Shown in pieces: positions 1 to 11,091 of a stretch of DNA of 36,170 bases. Source of the stretch: Dudresnaya verticillata (Eukaryota). Both the position numbers and the translations under genes were made by a program. Within the stretch, counting starts at the first letter, position 1. Each line of letters starts with the position of its first letter. The notes beneath the pieces are model-generated. The model was not told the origin of the DNA. It worked only from the letters and a program-made list of their open reading frames with translations, and did no database searches. The DNA lies in assembly GCA_977862235.1 (NCBI GenBank), contig OZ374562.1, positions 2,852,001 through 2,888,170 of the forward strand, in the 5' to 3' direction.

Positions 1-875
1 ATGGGAATACAGAATGCGAAAGTCATCTGCGGTGGCCCGCAAAACAGCCTACGTATGAGGGACAAATTGCTCGATAGTAAGAATACGACTGTATACATGA
101 GGCAGAGTTTGCATTAGTAGCTCCCGCTAGCGGCTTCCAGCCGCGAACGAGAACAACGCATCGCTACAAAACATGTGAACAAACTGGAGAGAAGCTGAAT
201 GCATCTCTGTTGCGAAATGGATTCTCGGTGTTTTGAAAGAGTGCTCCAGTACTTGCTCGAAATATTCCCCGAAGCTCGGTAAAGGAATATGGAGCTATCC
301 ACACGGATTATTCTTACAATAAGGGTTGTCTGCAGTGTATGACTTGGGCACTATGCCCAGGCATGCCTGCGAGACACGCTGTATGACGAAAAAAGTTGCC
401 GAAAATCCTCATCCCATCATTTCCGGATATTGAAGGTTCCTCAAGTTGCCCCGCCCTATGTCGGGTGCGCGCCGAGATCGAAAGCGGGAGCCGAGATGCA
501 ACAGCCGCCCAGAGCCCAAAGGCCATGTGCTTCCAGTTTGTCGAATGCACGAGCCTCTTTTGCATCCATCTTGCGTGCGCTCATTGTCGCTCATTTCACC
601 CAGAACCGCCCTGATTAACAAAGCCCGATGGAAAAGGTCCGGTGCAAATGGGGAGGCGGGCTTCACCTGCAGCACAGATCTAACACTCCGCTGTCACGTC
701 GCACAATGCAATAGGGGATATATCGTAATGCGCACTGCTCCTCTTCTATATTGCAGCCCTCGCAGAAAAGTTGCCTACATATTCCTGACCGACTCGCTCC
801 TTATCGCACTCGCGAATGCTACCCACTACCCTCTTCTCCCGCTAATACTTCTCTTGGAAAAACAATCCGCAAAAC

Positions 876-2300
876 ATGAGTGCCGGAGTTCGTTCCGCGC
901 AGAGCGCCTTTTCGTCTGAGATCTCGTCCTACCTCATTCACATGAGCTCCGCTCAAATATCCTTCTTTGAAACCCCAGGCAAGAAGACCTACCATGAATT
1001 CCTTTCCGACATTGCTTCTTCCGAGATAATGCACTATGACCCAAACAACGTGGGTTCAAAGTGGTGGGGCGACCACGACAACCAATATGCTGCCAACTAC
1101 ACTGTCAAGGAACTCGTCGATAAATCCTGTAATCACGTGGATTCTTCCCTCTTAGAGTCCAATTTCGCCAAAATGGAAGAGAGCACTTCTATCCAGATGG
1201 TGAATACGTTGGGAGGAGAACGGGAAACCTATAACAAATTATGGAGATGTGGCTTGCTCTTCGGCGACACTGCTGCAGAGACGGAGAACCTCGCTATCTG
1301 GTTTGATACCCATGGCGGTAGGCCCCATAGATCAGCATGGTCAAGGACCGTCTACTTAATGCGGACAATATACTCCTTGTTGGGCAAAGACGTCCAGAAC
1401 CCGCCTGAATCCGCCAAGGGTTCCTTTGCCAATGCCTTGCAATGGGCAAAGACCTTGTTCGACGACCCAAGCAAAGACGGCGCAGTTCTGGCCCAATGGC
1501 GCGGAGCAAAGCAAATGTTCTTGCAAGACTACATTGCCGCAGTGAGACAGAATTTGGACCCCGGGCAGTATGCGGTGAGTATCGCGAAAAAGCGGATCTA
1601 CCATCAGCTGTTGGGAGCCGGAGGCTTCATTGTAGAGGCTCAAGGAAGGAAGTTTGAACTCTCCTCCTGCGGTTATGGGTCCTCAGGTCTTTACTACAGG
1701 GAATTCGTGCTCGCAGAAACGTTTACGGAGGGGGGAGAAAATTCTTTTGAGGCAACAATCAGCGCAGGGTTTGAAATCAGCGCCACATCACTCTTCAGTG
1801 CGTCAGCATCATTCTCCGCTGGCTGGTCAAAGAATTGGTCTGTGGAGACGAGTGAAAACCCGACAGAGTGGAAGATAGTTATGGAGAAGTCGTTCCTTGA
1901 CCGGATCAGTCCGAGCGCGACGTGTACGTTTGCCAGACTTATTCTGTTCATGAACTGGTACATTGGAGGTCTGAGTGAGTGGATTAGACCGTTGGACGAC
2001 GAGGCTTACGGGAACATGATGTTGCAGGATCCGATCCCAGTAGAAGTGGCTAGGTTTGTTCACCATATTAAGATTGATTCGCCGTTCTCGTTCCTGGACG
2101 TGCTCGGGGCTATCGACGCTGGATTTTCGTCGAGGGCGAATGTATCTGCAGTCCACACGTACAAAGGACTTGAGGGCAACGTGTGGAAATATGAGAGAAA
2201 TGCAGGGAAGCATAAGCTTAGGAAGCCCAACTTTTCATACGAGAATGCGAGAAGCGTTATTGGGGTACCGCCAATTCTTTTTGAGGTCATGGTGGAGTAA
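876..2300 (+). CDS. Hypothetical 474-aa protein; possible aerolysin/ETX-MTX2-type beta-pore-forming domain
   Basis: Long uninterrupted ATG-TAA ORF with protein-like composition. Nucleotides 1716-1856 encode ETFTEGGENSFEATISAGFEISATSLFSASASFSAGWSKNWSVETSE, a Ser/Thr-rich alternating polar/hydrophobic stretch. The ORF is fairly secure; the function is a guess. Confidence 0.65.
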   Translation: MSAGVRSAQSAFSSEISSYLIHMSSAQISFFETPGKKTYHEFLSDIASSEIMHYDPNNVGSKWWGDHDNQYAANYTVKELVDKSCNHVDSSLLESNFAKMEESTSIQMVNTLGGERETYNKLWRCGLLFGDTAAETENLAIWFDTHGGRPHRSAWSRTVYLMRTIYSLLGKDVQNPPESAKGSFANALQWAKTLFDDPSKDGAVLAQWRGAKQMFLQDYIAAVRQNLDPGQYAVSIAKKRIYHQLLGAGGFIVEAQGRKFELSSCGYGSSGLYYREFVLAETFTEGGENSFEATISAGFEISATSLFSASASFSAGWSKNWSVETSENPTEWKIVMEKSFLDRISPSATCTFARLILFMNWYIGGLSEWIRPLDDEAYGNMMLQDPIPVEVARFVHHIKIDSPFSFLDVLGAIDAGFSSRANVSAVHTYKGLEGNVWKYERNAGKHKLRKPNFSYENARSVIGVPPILFEVMVE

Positions 2301-4194
2301 GATAAATGGTGAGTGAGGAGTCGGAGAGAAGCGAACAGAAACGCTGCTCTAAGGTTGAGGATTAGTTGAGCACTCTTTCAGAGTAAGTTGGGTTACCACA
2401 CTTGTTCCAGTACTTGCCCTGGTAAATGCATAGAGGTTGCTTTTGAAATTTTGCTATACTGTGATGTTGAACAACGCTTTGGTCTAATGGTAGAATGAGG
2501 CCCTACGACGGAAAGCGATCTCCATGGCAATCTGTGTAGTGTTGTGCACAACATTTACACGGGAATACTGTATATTATGATAGGCAGTTCCATCTGCTAC
2601 GACTAGAAAAGTAGCGGAACAGCGTGCAATCTGTGATGCAATGATGACAATGGTGAAAGCTGGAGCACCTCAGAAATAGTGGGGCGAGAGAGGGCATTTG
2701 GTTCATATTTTGAGTTTCTCTAAAGAGGTTAGCACAGGTTCCAAGACTCTTCGGCTGATGAAGCTTACCATAAATAAAGCAACGAAGGCTTCTGCCACAG
2801 GGAAACTGGGAATTGAAGGATCTGGAAAATGGGATCTTACTTGACCGTGGTCTGCAACTTTTTATATTGTATATCATCTGGACGACTAGCAGATAGCGTG
2901 CTAAACTGTGGCTAAACCAAGTCGAGCATTGGAGATGTTTCTCGGTTTGTTTGTACTTGTAGGGTATTATAGCGAACCGGAATACACAATGCAAAGCAGT
3001 TTCGCGTGCGACAGTCCACCGGAGAAAGATAAGGCATAGCTGTTCAGGGTGTCAACACTGGCTTGCGAAAGCCGAGATCAGAGATAGGCCACCGTACGGC
3101 TGAGGAAAATTCTTTATGGCGCCGGTACATAATAATATAATACAGTGGAACTTTCCCCTCTTCGCCTTTGGAAGCAGCCTTCCACAACGGACGTACCAGA
3201 TACCACTCACTCTATCCAGCAGAAGGTGTAGTCCTGCTGGCATTGCGCCGAATAATCTGCCGAAGGGAATCTCTCTTGATTCAAGGCGTCGCGTGTGTGG
3301 GAATGGGCGGCATATTTTTATGGCAAAGACATATTGGAGCGCAAGGGTGGCGCAACTTGTGTGGCGCGCTCATGGCAGACAGTCTCGAAGGCACAGCCCG
3401 CTGCCATTGACGCTCTGTATGTAGTTTTTGTGCAGTTTTCATGAGCCCAAAAGAGGTGATTCGAGAAAGGGGCACACAGTGGCGTGGCACCCTTGCCGCC
3501 ACGAAAGTGTCCTCGGCTGCTGCGGAATACGATCCTCTCCCCGCAAACGCCGCCCCTCCCAACTTCACCGCGCTCAAATTGCAGCCTGGACCCGCATACA
3601 GTACTTACTGGGACACGCCCGGCCCCTGTCTACACTTCAACACGCTTTGCGCCGGCCCTGCAATTGCAATGCAATGCCCCGCACATCGAATTCTCGCCAT
3701 ACATATATATATGGCACTTTTGCGTATATATATGGCACTTTGGAACGTTCCCTGTCCCTCCCCCCAACCTAGCAGCCGCCACCGCGTCCGCCGCATACAA
3801 CAGATAGTGAACCTGCTGGCTCACCCAAACCCAACTCCCACCTCCCTCGCACGCGTGAGCCAAGCAATTGAACAAATCCGTCGCACTGGCCTCCAACATA
3901 ATACATCCTCCGACGATCCCACTACAGATCGATAGGACCAGCTTTAGATAAGTAGTGTGTTTTGCTAACAGGCCGTTGACGCCGAGGCAAATGCACTCTA
4001 AACTTTGTTGAGTAAACTTTATCATCACCCCGCCGCCAAACCAGAAAAATACCTCCGCCTGCACAATGCGCCAGAAACATTCTCATAATACTCCTAAGCC
4101 ACTTCTGCTCGCTCAGCTCCACCACCCTTGCGCGCCCATAACCCCGCACTCGATGCAGTGCAACTATTCCACGTCACTGCCTACCCCGATGTTT

Positions 4195-5532
4195 TGTAGT
4201 GAAAACCCACGAACTTCGTAACGAATAGCTGGCCTGACTTTCCTTCAAGGGGCGAGAGCAACACTACCTCAACGGGGTGGTAGATCAGTTCGCACTGAAA
4301 CCGGAGAACAGCGACCGGCTAACCGAAACGGGTATTGGGAATTAACAGACAAGTGGGTGGTACAAGTGCCGGGACGGACTCCGTAAAAGCACGGAAGGTA
4401 GACGCTTAGGCCATGGCCAGCGGTAGCAAAGGGGTACGCGCGAGCAAAACGGGTAAATTTGGACCAAGGCCGGCTTGCCGGGAGTTTACCTCAACGTCTG
4501 GGACGCATCAACTAAGTATAGAACTACCTAGCGGCGGGGACGCGTGCGTAAGCGCCTCGCAGGAACTCGGAACACGTGTTGCCCCGACGCGCGTCTGGCA
4601 GAACCGTACGTCATGCAGCCGCGCTCCTGACATATCACGCGTAGCTTCCCCGCTCGAGTCCTTACACATACACGTGGATATACTTCCTTACAGCCGCACG
4701 CGCCTCATGGTGCGTGTGATGTCGATCCGCACTAATCCCGATCCAATACGGATTCTGGCCAGCTATGCGGATGCGCCAGGCTTACAGGCGTGTGGCCACA
4801 AGGCGCATGCCTTACACCTCTTAATCCCGATGTCTGATCCCGATGTGGGATTCCGATTGGATCCGGATCCAGGTCACGCTTACAGAAAACGTTCCCGCCA
4901 CTGCGCCATGCGCGCACGCGTGACGCTGTATAGTGTTCCGGGTTCAGGCGTGCGGTCTGCACGCCAAGCTATCCGTTTTGGACCGGGTGGTGAGCGGCAT
5001 GCATCGGTGACGTGTTTGTGCCGCGGGCGGGTTGTACGCGCCGTTGGCGGTCGCCCGTCGGTAGACGCGGAATATCAACCCGCTTGAAAGCAAAAAACCG
5101 GGACCGCCCTGGCACTACAGCGTTTACCGAAGACTCCGAGGTCCCGGCGCTAGTTTTGGTGCAAGGGAGTGAGCCCCGTTTTCTGCTCGGAGCGTGCCAT
5201 AAAACGTCTACCGACGGGCAATGGTAACCGCCGCTGGCACATGCGAACACGTCACGGACGGTCGGCTCAACGGCGTACGGATGCCACTACCGCCGCGGGG
5301 CATGGCGGCTCACGCACTGTACGCCCGCGCGGCACTCACCCGGATCGCCTGTAGTGCACTGGCACTCGCCCCCTTCGCCTGATCCAATTCCGGATCCTTT
5401 GCATTACAGGCGCGCTTTACAGGCGCATCGTTGCCGACTGACTGACATCACAGTCTACAACAGTAAGCACGAGCAGGCCCATTCAGCTGTCCAATTTAGA
5501 TCTAGATCGAGCTCTAGCGCTTTTTGCCTACA
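4195..5532 (-). mobile_element. Solo LTR A (~1.34 kb), gypsy-like
   Basis: Ends TGTAGTGAAAA ... TTTTTGCCTACA (TG..CA, inverted TGTAG). Shares the promoter-like motif at 4473-4498 with the other two LTR families. Diverged inverted similarity to 19150-19760. No PBS, PPT or TSD found. Confidence 0.6.
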
Positions 5533-5772
5533 GTAGTGTAAGTGCGCCTGCCGGCGCCGGCAGGCCGGCGGCTCTAGGACTTAGCCACCTACGGCTGCGC
5601 ATCTGGTAAACGGAGGGGCATCGACCATGGGGCCTAACACTTCGGTGCCAAGCTTGGAGTCGCGCGGAACCCGAGTAGCCTCACGCCTAGGACATTGGTA
5701 CCGACCGAGGCCACGTGAGCCTACCTGCTCGTGGACCTCCGTGAAGGCAGATCGATACCCGTTTACCAGTTC

Positions 5773-6545
5773 TGTAGTATAGACGTCGGGTCGATCCGAC
5801 GTCTGATACTTGCTGGTCCGAAGTCGCCACACAGACCCGTCGATGGGTAGCTGTTGGGGTTGGTAGAGCGGTGTCGGCCGCGTGCGCCCCGCAGGTGCGG
5901 ATCGACGGCGTCGATGCCGGAGCGCGCACGGGGCGTACCGTACGCGGGTAGGCAGCGACCGGATCCCAGCGTCCCTGTCGAAGGGCGGCACGAAGCCGAC
6001 GGAAAGGCAAAGGAAAGGGAAAAGCCTAGCGAGGCAAGGGAAAAAGGGAAACCGCCCGCTGGCGTAAGGCAAAGGAATCGAACCCGAAAAGGCTGGGCGC
6101 AAGCTTCAGCGCGAGCTGTTGCTTGCCCGGTTTACTGAGCCGTCGATGGCCGACGGTCTTAAATACCCTACACTATGTGCACTACGACTACTTCTACAGT
6201 AGGTGCGCCCCACAACACCAACGCGGGAGGTGTGCGAGCGCGCGCCCATACACGTGTCGATACGTCCGGGTAACGGTTACCCGTGGGCGCGCTCGGGGCG
6301 TAACGGGCAGCGGCCCTCTCAACGGCTCGATGCCGGAGAGCGTCACAGGGGCGCGCCGTGTGCGGCGCGGCGCGCGGCCGCTGCCGGCAGCAATGCGGTC
6401 GACCGCTACTAATTCAACGAAAAAACTAAGGGCACGCTGCCCAACCACGACTCACCAGCGGGCGTCATCGTGTGCTCCATTACAGTGCGGCGCTGCCAGC
6501 ATACCTTACAGCCGCTGCTGATAGTGTGCTGACAGCTATACTACA
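5773..6545 (-). repeat. 3' LTR (773 bp)
   Basis: Direct repeat of 18140-18912 with 14 substitutions counted by eye and no indels; 10-bp perfect terminal inverted repeat. Confidence 0.97.
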
Positions 6546-6560
6546 CGGCCCCCCCCTCAA
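6546..6560 (-). other. Polypurine tract (PPT)
   Basis: Minus strand TTGAGGGGGGGGCCG directly abuts the TG of the 3' LTR. Confidence 0.9.
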
Positions 6561-6866
6561 GCGTGAGCGCCCCGCTCACGGCCGTTGAGGTTTCCCGGGG
6601 CCACAATGGCAATCCCGAGTGGCCGTTGACAGTGATCGGCACGCGCGCCCGTCGACGGTGTATGCGCGTGCCCGCCCGTCTGCGCCGCTGCGCATATAAG
6701 GATCAACGCGGAGTCGGCGCTGGGGAGGTTGCGGGTATCGCTCTCCACGACCCCCCCTTTCGCCCACACGCTTCAGCACACCAGTGACCGCTATCGTGTG
6801 TGTGTATTGTGCTACGCCTTCTCCTCCCCCCTTCGCTCGACGCGAGCACCCACGTCGACGTGCGGT

Positions 6867-9769
6867 ATGGCCACGACGCGCTCGTCTGCCACCCGGGGCG
6901 CCCCTGACGAAGGGGCGCCCGCAACCACGCCGCCGCTGCCCGCTGGTGCGCCATCGACGGCTGCACCGGCGGAAGCGGTGGTAGATGCCCAGCAACCCCA
7001 GGCGCAAGATGCGCTGGGGGAAAGCGCCGCTGCGCTGCCACGCCCTCCGCCCGCTGCGGTGGCGGCTTCGGTGCCCAGTGGCCTCGCTGCTGCTCCGGCG
7101 GCTGGGGCCGGCGCCGCTGCGCATATCGGTCCAGCAGCTGCTGACCAAATTGGAGCGGGCGCCGCTGCGCCCGCTAAGACATCGGAGATGCGTCCCGCCG
7201 CTGCGGTTGACACGTCTCCCGCCCAAGTGCCTCCGGAGCCAGCAGCCGCTGCGCTGGCCCGAGTTAGGCTACCCGACCTCTGCCGAGCTACGAGGAGGTC
7301 GAGGTGGCCACCCAAGACACGCCGCTGCGAGGTTTGGGTGGCTTGGACCGGAGTGGGGCGGCCGCTGCCGCCCCATGCCCAGAGGAGGCGGCTCCAGTCG
7401 CTGTGCCCTTTGCTGCTCCGCGCGTCGATGCGCCACCCGTCGCTCGTGCCCTTGATCTGACGGGGTCGTCGACGGCCTCCGCGTCAAGGGGGAGCAGGAT
7501 GCCGCCCGCTGCGGCTCCATTCGTGCCCCGCCGGGGCCTCAGCGCATCGGCGCAAGGCGACCCCGGAGCAGGGGCGTCGACCGCCCCTGGCACAAGCGTG
7601 GCCGCTGCCATTGAGTCTTCATCGGCCGCTGCCGTGGCTCCCCCTCTGCCGGTGATCACCATGCGAGGGGTGTCTCTGACCATTGGGCCCCAGCGACTCG
7701 GTGTCGCGGTGCCCAATGCAGCCGCATTGCCTCCCACTGTCTTCGCGTGGGAGGCACCGCGCCACCAGATCCCGCTGGACCAGTGGCGTCGGTTGCCCGT
7801 GCAAAGGATTGACGTCCAACGTCTCCTGCGCGTGGCAGATGCGAGCGACGATGGTGGGGCCGCTGCCTATAACGCCTTCATGCCCGCATCGCCGGTATGG
7901 CTCGTACCGAACGGCCTACCGTGTGACCTTTCGTTCGTCACCACGATCAAGCAGCTGCTGATCGTGGATAAGGGCGCCGAAGCCCTCTTTGTGAAACCCG
8001 TCGATGGGTCCCACAAGCCCCTCGCGGCCTCGTTGGCCTGGTTGAGGGACGTCCCCATCGAGGAGACGCCGGAGGAGGCGCGCGGTCTGGCCGATGCCGA
8101 TTGCGCGCGCCGCCTCCTCGGGCTGTGCATGGGGGAGCGGGACTGGGCCACCTGCCGCGCCCCCGGTGATGGGCTCATCACCACGGGTGCTCGCTTGCAC
8201 CCGGCGCTCGACGCGTCGTGGTTTCCCTCCGCGGAGTGGTACTCGCACCGGGACGTGCCCGCTGGCATGATCGTCCCGTGGCCCAGCATCGAGCGGTATT
8301 TCCACTACGCCGCGGCGGGGAATGAGGCAGTTCGTCGAGAGCTCCTCACTAGGCGCTCCGACGAGTATGCCTATGAGGTGGAGCGTCGCTACGCCTCCGA
8401 CATCCTATCGAAGGAAATTTGCTGGGTCCTCGACGACCGCATTTTGGTGTACCTCGATGTACTGTGACGCAGCGGGCGCCCGGGCTTCCCACGCCTCCGA
8501 GGCGCGGCAGGCCCGGACACCACATCGGTGACGTTCGAGTTCAAGCAGCTGCTGAACACGACGCGCTTCGTGGCCGCTGCCAGAGAGAAGCACACCCGTC
8601 GCCGCCACTTTGCAACCCGCGTCGATGCGTTCATTTGCGGGGTCAACCCAGTGGCGGGGACCTTTCACAAGATCCAACGCGCACGCGCGCCGCGGAAGGA
8701 TCGTGGCTACGCCTCGATGGCGGACATGGCCCGCGTCGAGCGGGCTGCTAAGCCGCGCGCCCGTCGGGGCATAGGCGGGGCATCCAAGTCGGCCGCTGCC
8801 GTTATGGCCTCGGAGGCCGAGTCCTACTTGCCACCGGTGCCACGTGCCGCGGCACCAGCACCTCGAGCTGTGGCACCACCTCCCCCGGCCGCTGCCATGG
8901 GTGGAGGTCAGGAGAAGCAGGCAGCAGTCGATCCGCTGCCCGCTGCCTATACGCCTTCGAGGCAGGCGGTGAGGTACGGCCCACCGCCATCGATGGCGGT
9001 GGCTGCCTATGTGCCGCCGCCCACAACCGATGCGCTCGATGCGCCGATGGCGGCGAGCCTCTGGAGCGACCAAAATGTACGCCGCGCCGCTGCGCTGGTA
9101 CAGTTGGGTGAGGACGCGCCGCTGCGCACTCTCGTTGCCGCCTTTGCGGCCCATCTAGCGGGAACGCATGACGATCTCGCCGCTGCGAACGCCATCGCCC
9201 TTCGCTACCACACCGAGCGGGATAGGTTTGCGCACGATGCGCAACGACTGCAGGGAGAGCTGAGGCGCGCTGCCCATTCATCCCCAGTCGTCGGGTCCCT
9301 CGACAAGCGGCCACGAGAGGAGTACCAGCCGCCCCCGATGCTGGCGCCGACGCAGCAGCCGATGCCGTCATATGCGCCAGCGCAGGCTGCGCAGCAACCG
9401 ATGCTGCCTTATGCCGTCGGGCCCGCTGGCCAGATGCTCCCATGGGGCCCTTCCGGCTACACCCCGTCGATGGTGGTGCAGGGCAGTGGAGTCCCACAGC
9501 ATCCGGGCGCCGCTGCGCCCGTCCCCCCGGGCTACATGCCGCAGGGGTATGGTCCCCCAGTGGGGCAAGTGAGCCCTGCTGGATTAACGGCCGCTGCCGC
9601 TGGCGCCGCTGCGGTGTACCACGAGTCGGGTACCGCGGCGGGCGCTGCCGCGCCAACTCAGCCGCGCGCTGCGGCCGAGGCGACCGGTTATGACCCCTCC
9701 GCCCCTGGCTTTGCGTCGTCGATGACTGCTCAGCCGGAAGCGGGGGCCGGGGGCAACGCTGCCCAATAG
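6867..9769 (+). pseudogene. Extra antisense gene of the retrotransposon (~970 codons; one frameshift near 7275, one in-frame TGA at 8465-8467)
   Basis: ORF 6729-7460 (ATG at 6867) joins 7304-8467 by a single frameshift. ORFs 7304-8467 and 8528-9769 are in the same frame, separated only by one TGA. Ala/Pro-rich ends flank a Trp/aromatic-rich, globular-looking core at about 7650-8750. Confidence 0.7.
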
Positions 9770-11053
9770 TGCGATCGACGCATAGTATCCGCGGGTGTCG
9801 CGGCACCCAGCGATTAGAGCGCCGCTGCGCCTTTTAGTCCAGTTACGCCGCTGCGTCGTTAGACATGTTAAAAGGGAAAGGGGTGGGATATGGCTTCGGC
9901 CCGCGTCGATGCGAACTTATTTGTGGCGAGAGCGTTCGCCGGCGCAGCAGCTCACCACGTCGGGCCGCTGCCCAAGGTGAGTGCTGCGCGCGCGCGCGCA
10001 TCGAGCCCGCGTGTGTTGCCACTTCGTCACGATAGCGGTCGTCTCGGCGCGGGGCTTGCGTGAGCCGCTGCTCAGGGGCAATAGGCAAGCGTGCCGATCC
10101 CATGTGGCGCCCCGGCGCCGCTGCGCGGCATGCCGCCTTGGCATGGGGGAGACCACAGTGGTTGCCCTTGCGCGCCCGTCCTGGGCGCCTGGTGCCACTG
10201 CGGCTAGCTTCGGCGAGACCGCTGCCTCGCACCCACTTGCCGGCGGCGCGCCGCTTCTGGCTACTCAGCCGCTGCTGTTGCTCCCGCTGGGAGGCGGTTT
10301 GCGCCCAAATTATAGCCAATCGTTGGCTGGGGAATTTTCGCAGCCCCTTGCATTGGCTGTTGCCTTCCGGCCCGCTGGCCTGGTTGGGTGTTTCCCGACC
10401 CCCGGCTACAGTACGTACTGTAGCCGGAACACTTTTCGCGCTCGATGCGCTGCGTGCGCCCCACGCCGAGGCGTACGCCAAAGTGACGTTCGCTTTTGGA
10501 GTGCCGTTGCGCATCGAGTGCAACGGCACTTAGGTGCACCCGAATGAGGTGGCGATCGGGCCGCTGCCCTTTGTCCCACACCACTTCGCTTCGACAGCGA
10601 CGGCCTTGGGCGCGTCGACGCGCCCGCTCCGCACTTACGCTGGTGTGACCCCTCCTCGCTCAGCGGCCGCTGCGGCTGGCGCGTAGGGTTGCACTGGCAT
10701 GAGCGACGGTAGCGCCGCGTGCGCGGCGCTGGTGAGCGGCTTCGGTAGCCGCTGGCCAGCGCCCCTTACCTTGCGTGCGTGAGTCGTCGACGCCTGTCAC
10801 GCGCGAAGGCGAGGTATCGGCTGCGTCGCCTCGCCGCTTGCGAGTGCGTGCAAGCAGCCCGGGGCCGCTGCCCCAGGCTTGGCTAGCTGGCAGCTGCCCT
10901 GCGCGCATCGATGCGCCGGAATCAGCGTTCTGCTGTCCCCTTCTTGCGCTGCTGCCGCTGCTGCTGGCGCAAGGGTGACCTGTCTGGGCTTGGCGCCCAG
11001 TGCAGGGTAGGGTGAGGCATCGATTGCCTTTGCAAAAAGGCAACGAATGCCTG

Positions 11054-11075
11054 CGGCCCCCTCCTCAAGCGCGAG
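11054..11075 (-). other. Second (internal) PPT copy just after the pol stop
   Basis: CGGCCCCCTCCTCAAGCGCGAG matches 6546-6567 CGGCCCCCCCCTCAAGCGTGAG at 20/22 positions. Confidence 0.75.
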
Positions 11076-11091
11076 GCCCCCCGCCGAGGGG

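Noticed and set aside
1..875. Possible upstream exons or signal peptide (ALLLFYIAALA near 735) for the 474-aa gene
   Set aside because: Bounded by stops, with no convincing start or splice sites.
3441..4190. 164-aa ORF and possible decayed coding sequence; weak palindrome-like CCGGCCCTGCAATTGCAATGCAATG at 3652
   Set aside because: No recognisable domain and multiple stops; the motif does not fit the 34-bp length or symmetry.
6729..9769. env gene
   Set aside because: Antisense to gag-pol, with no signal peptide or clear transmembrane segment.
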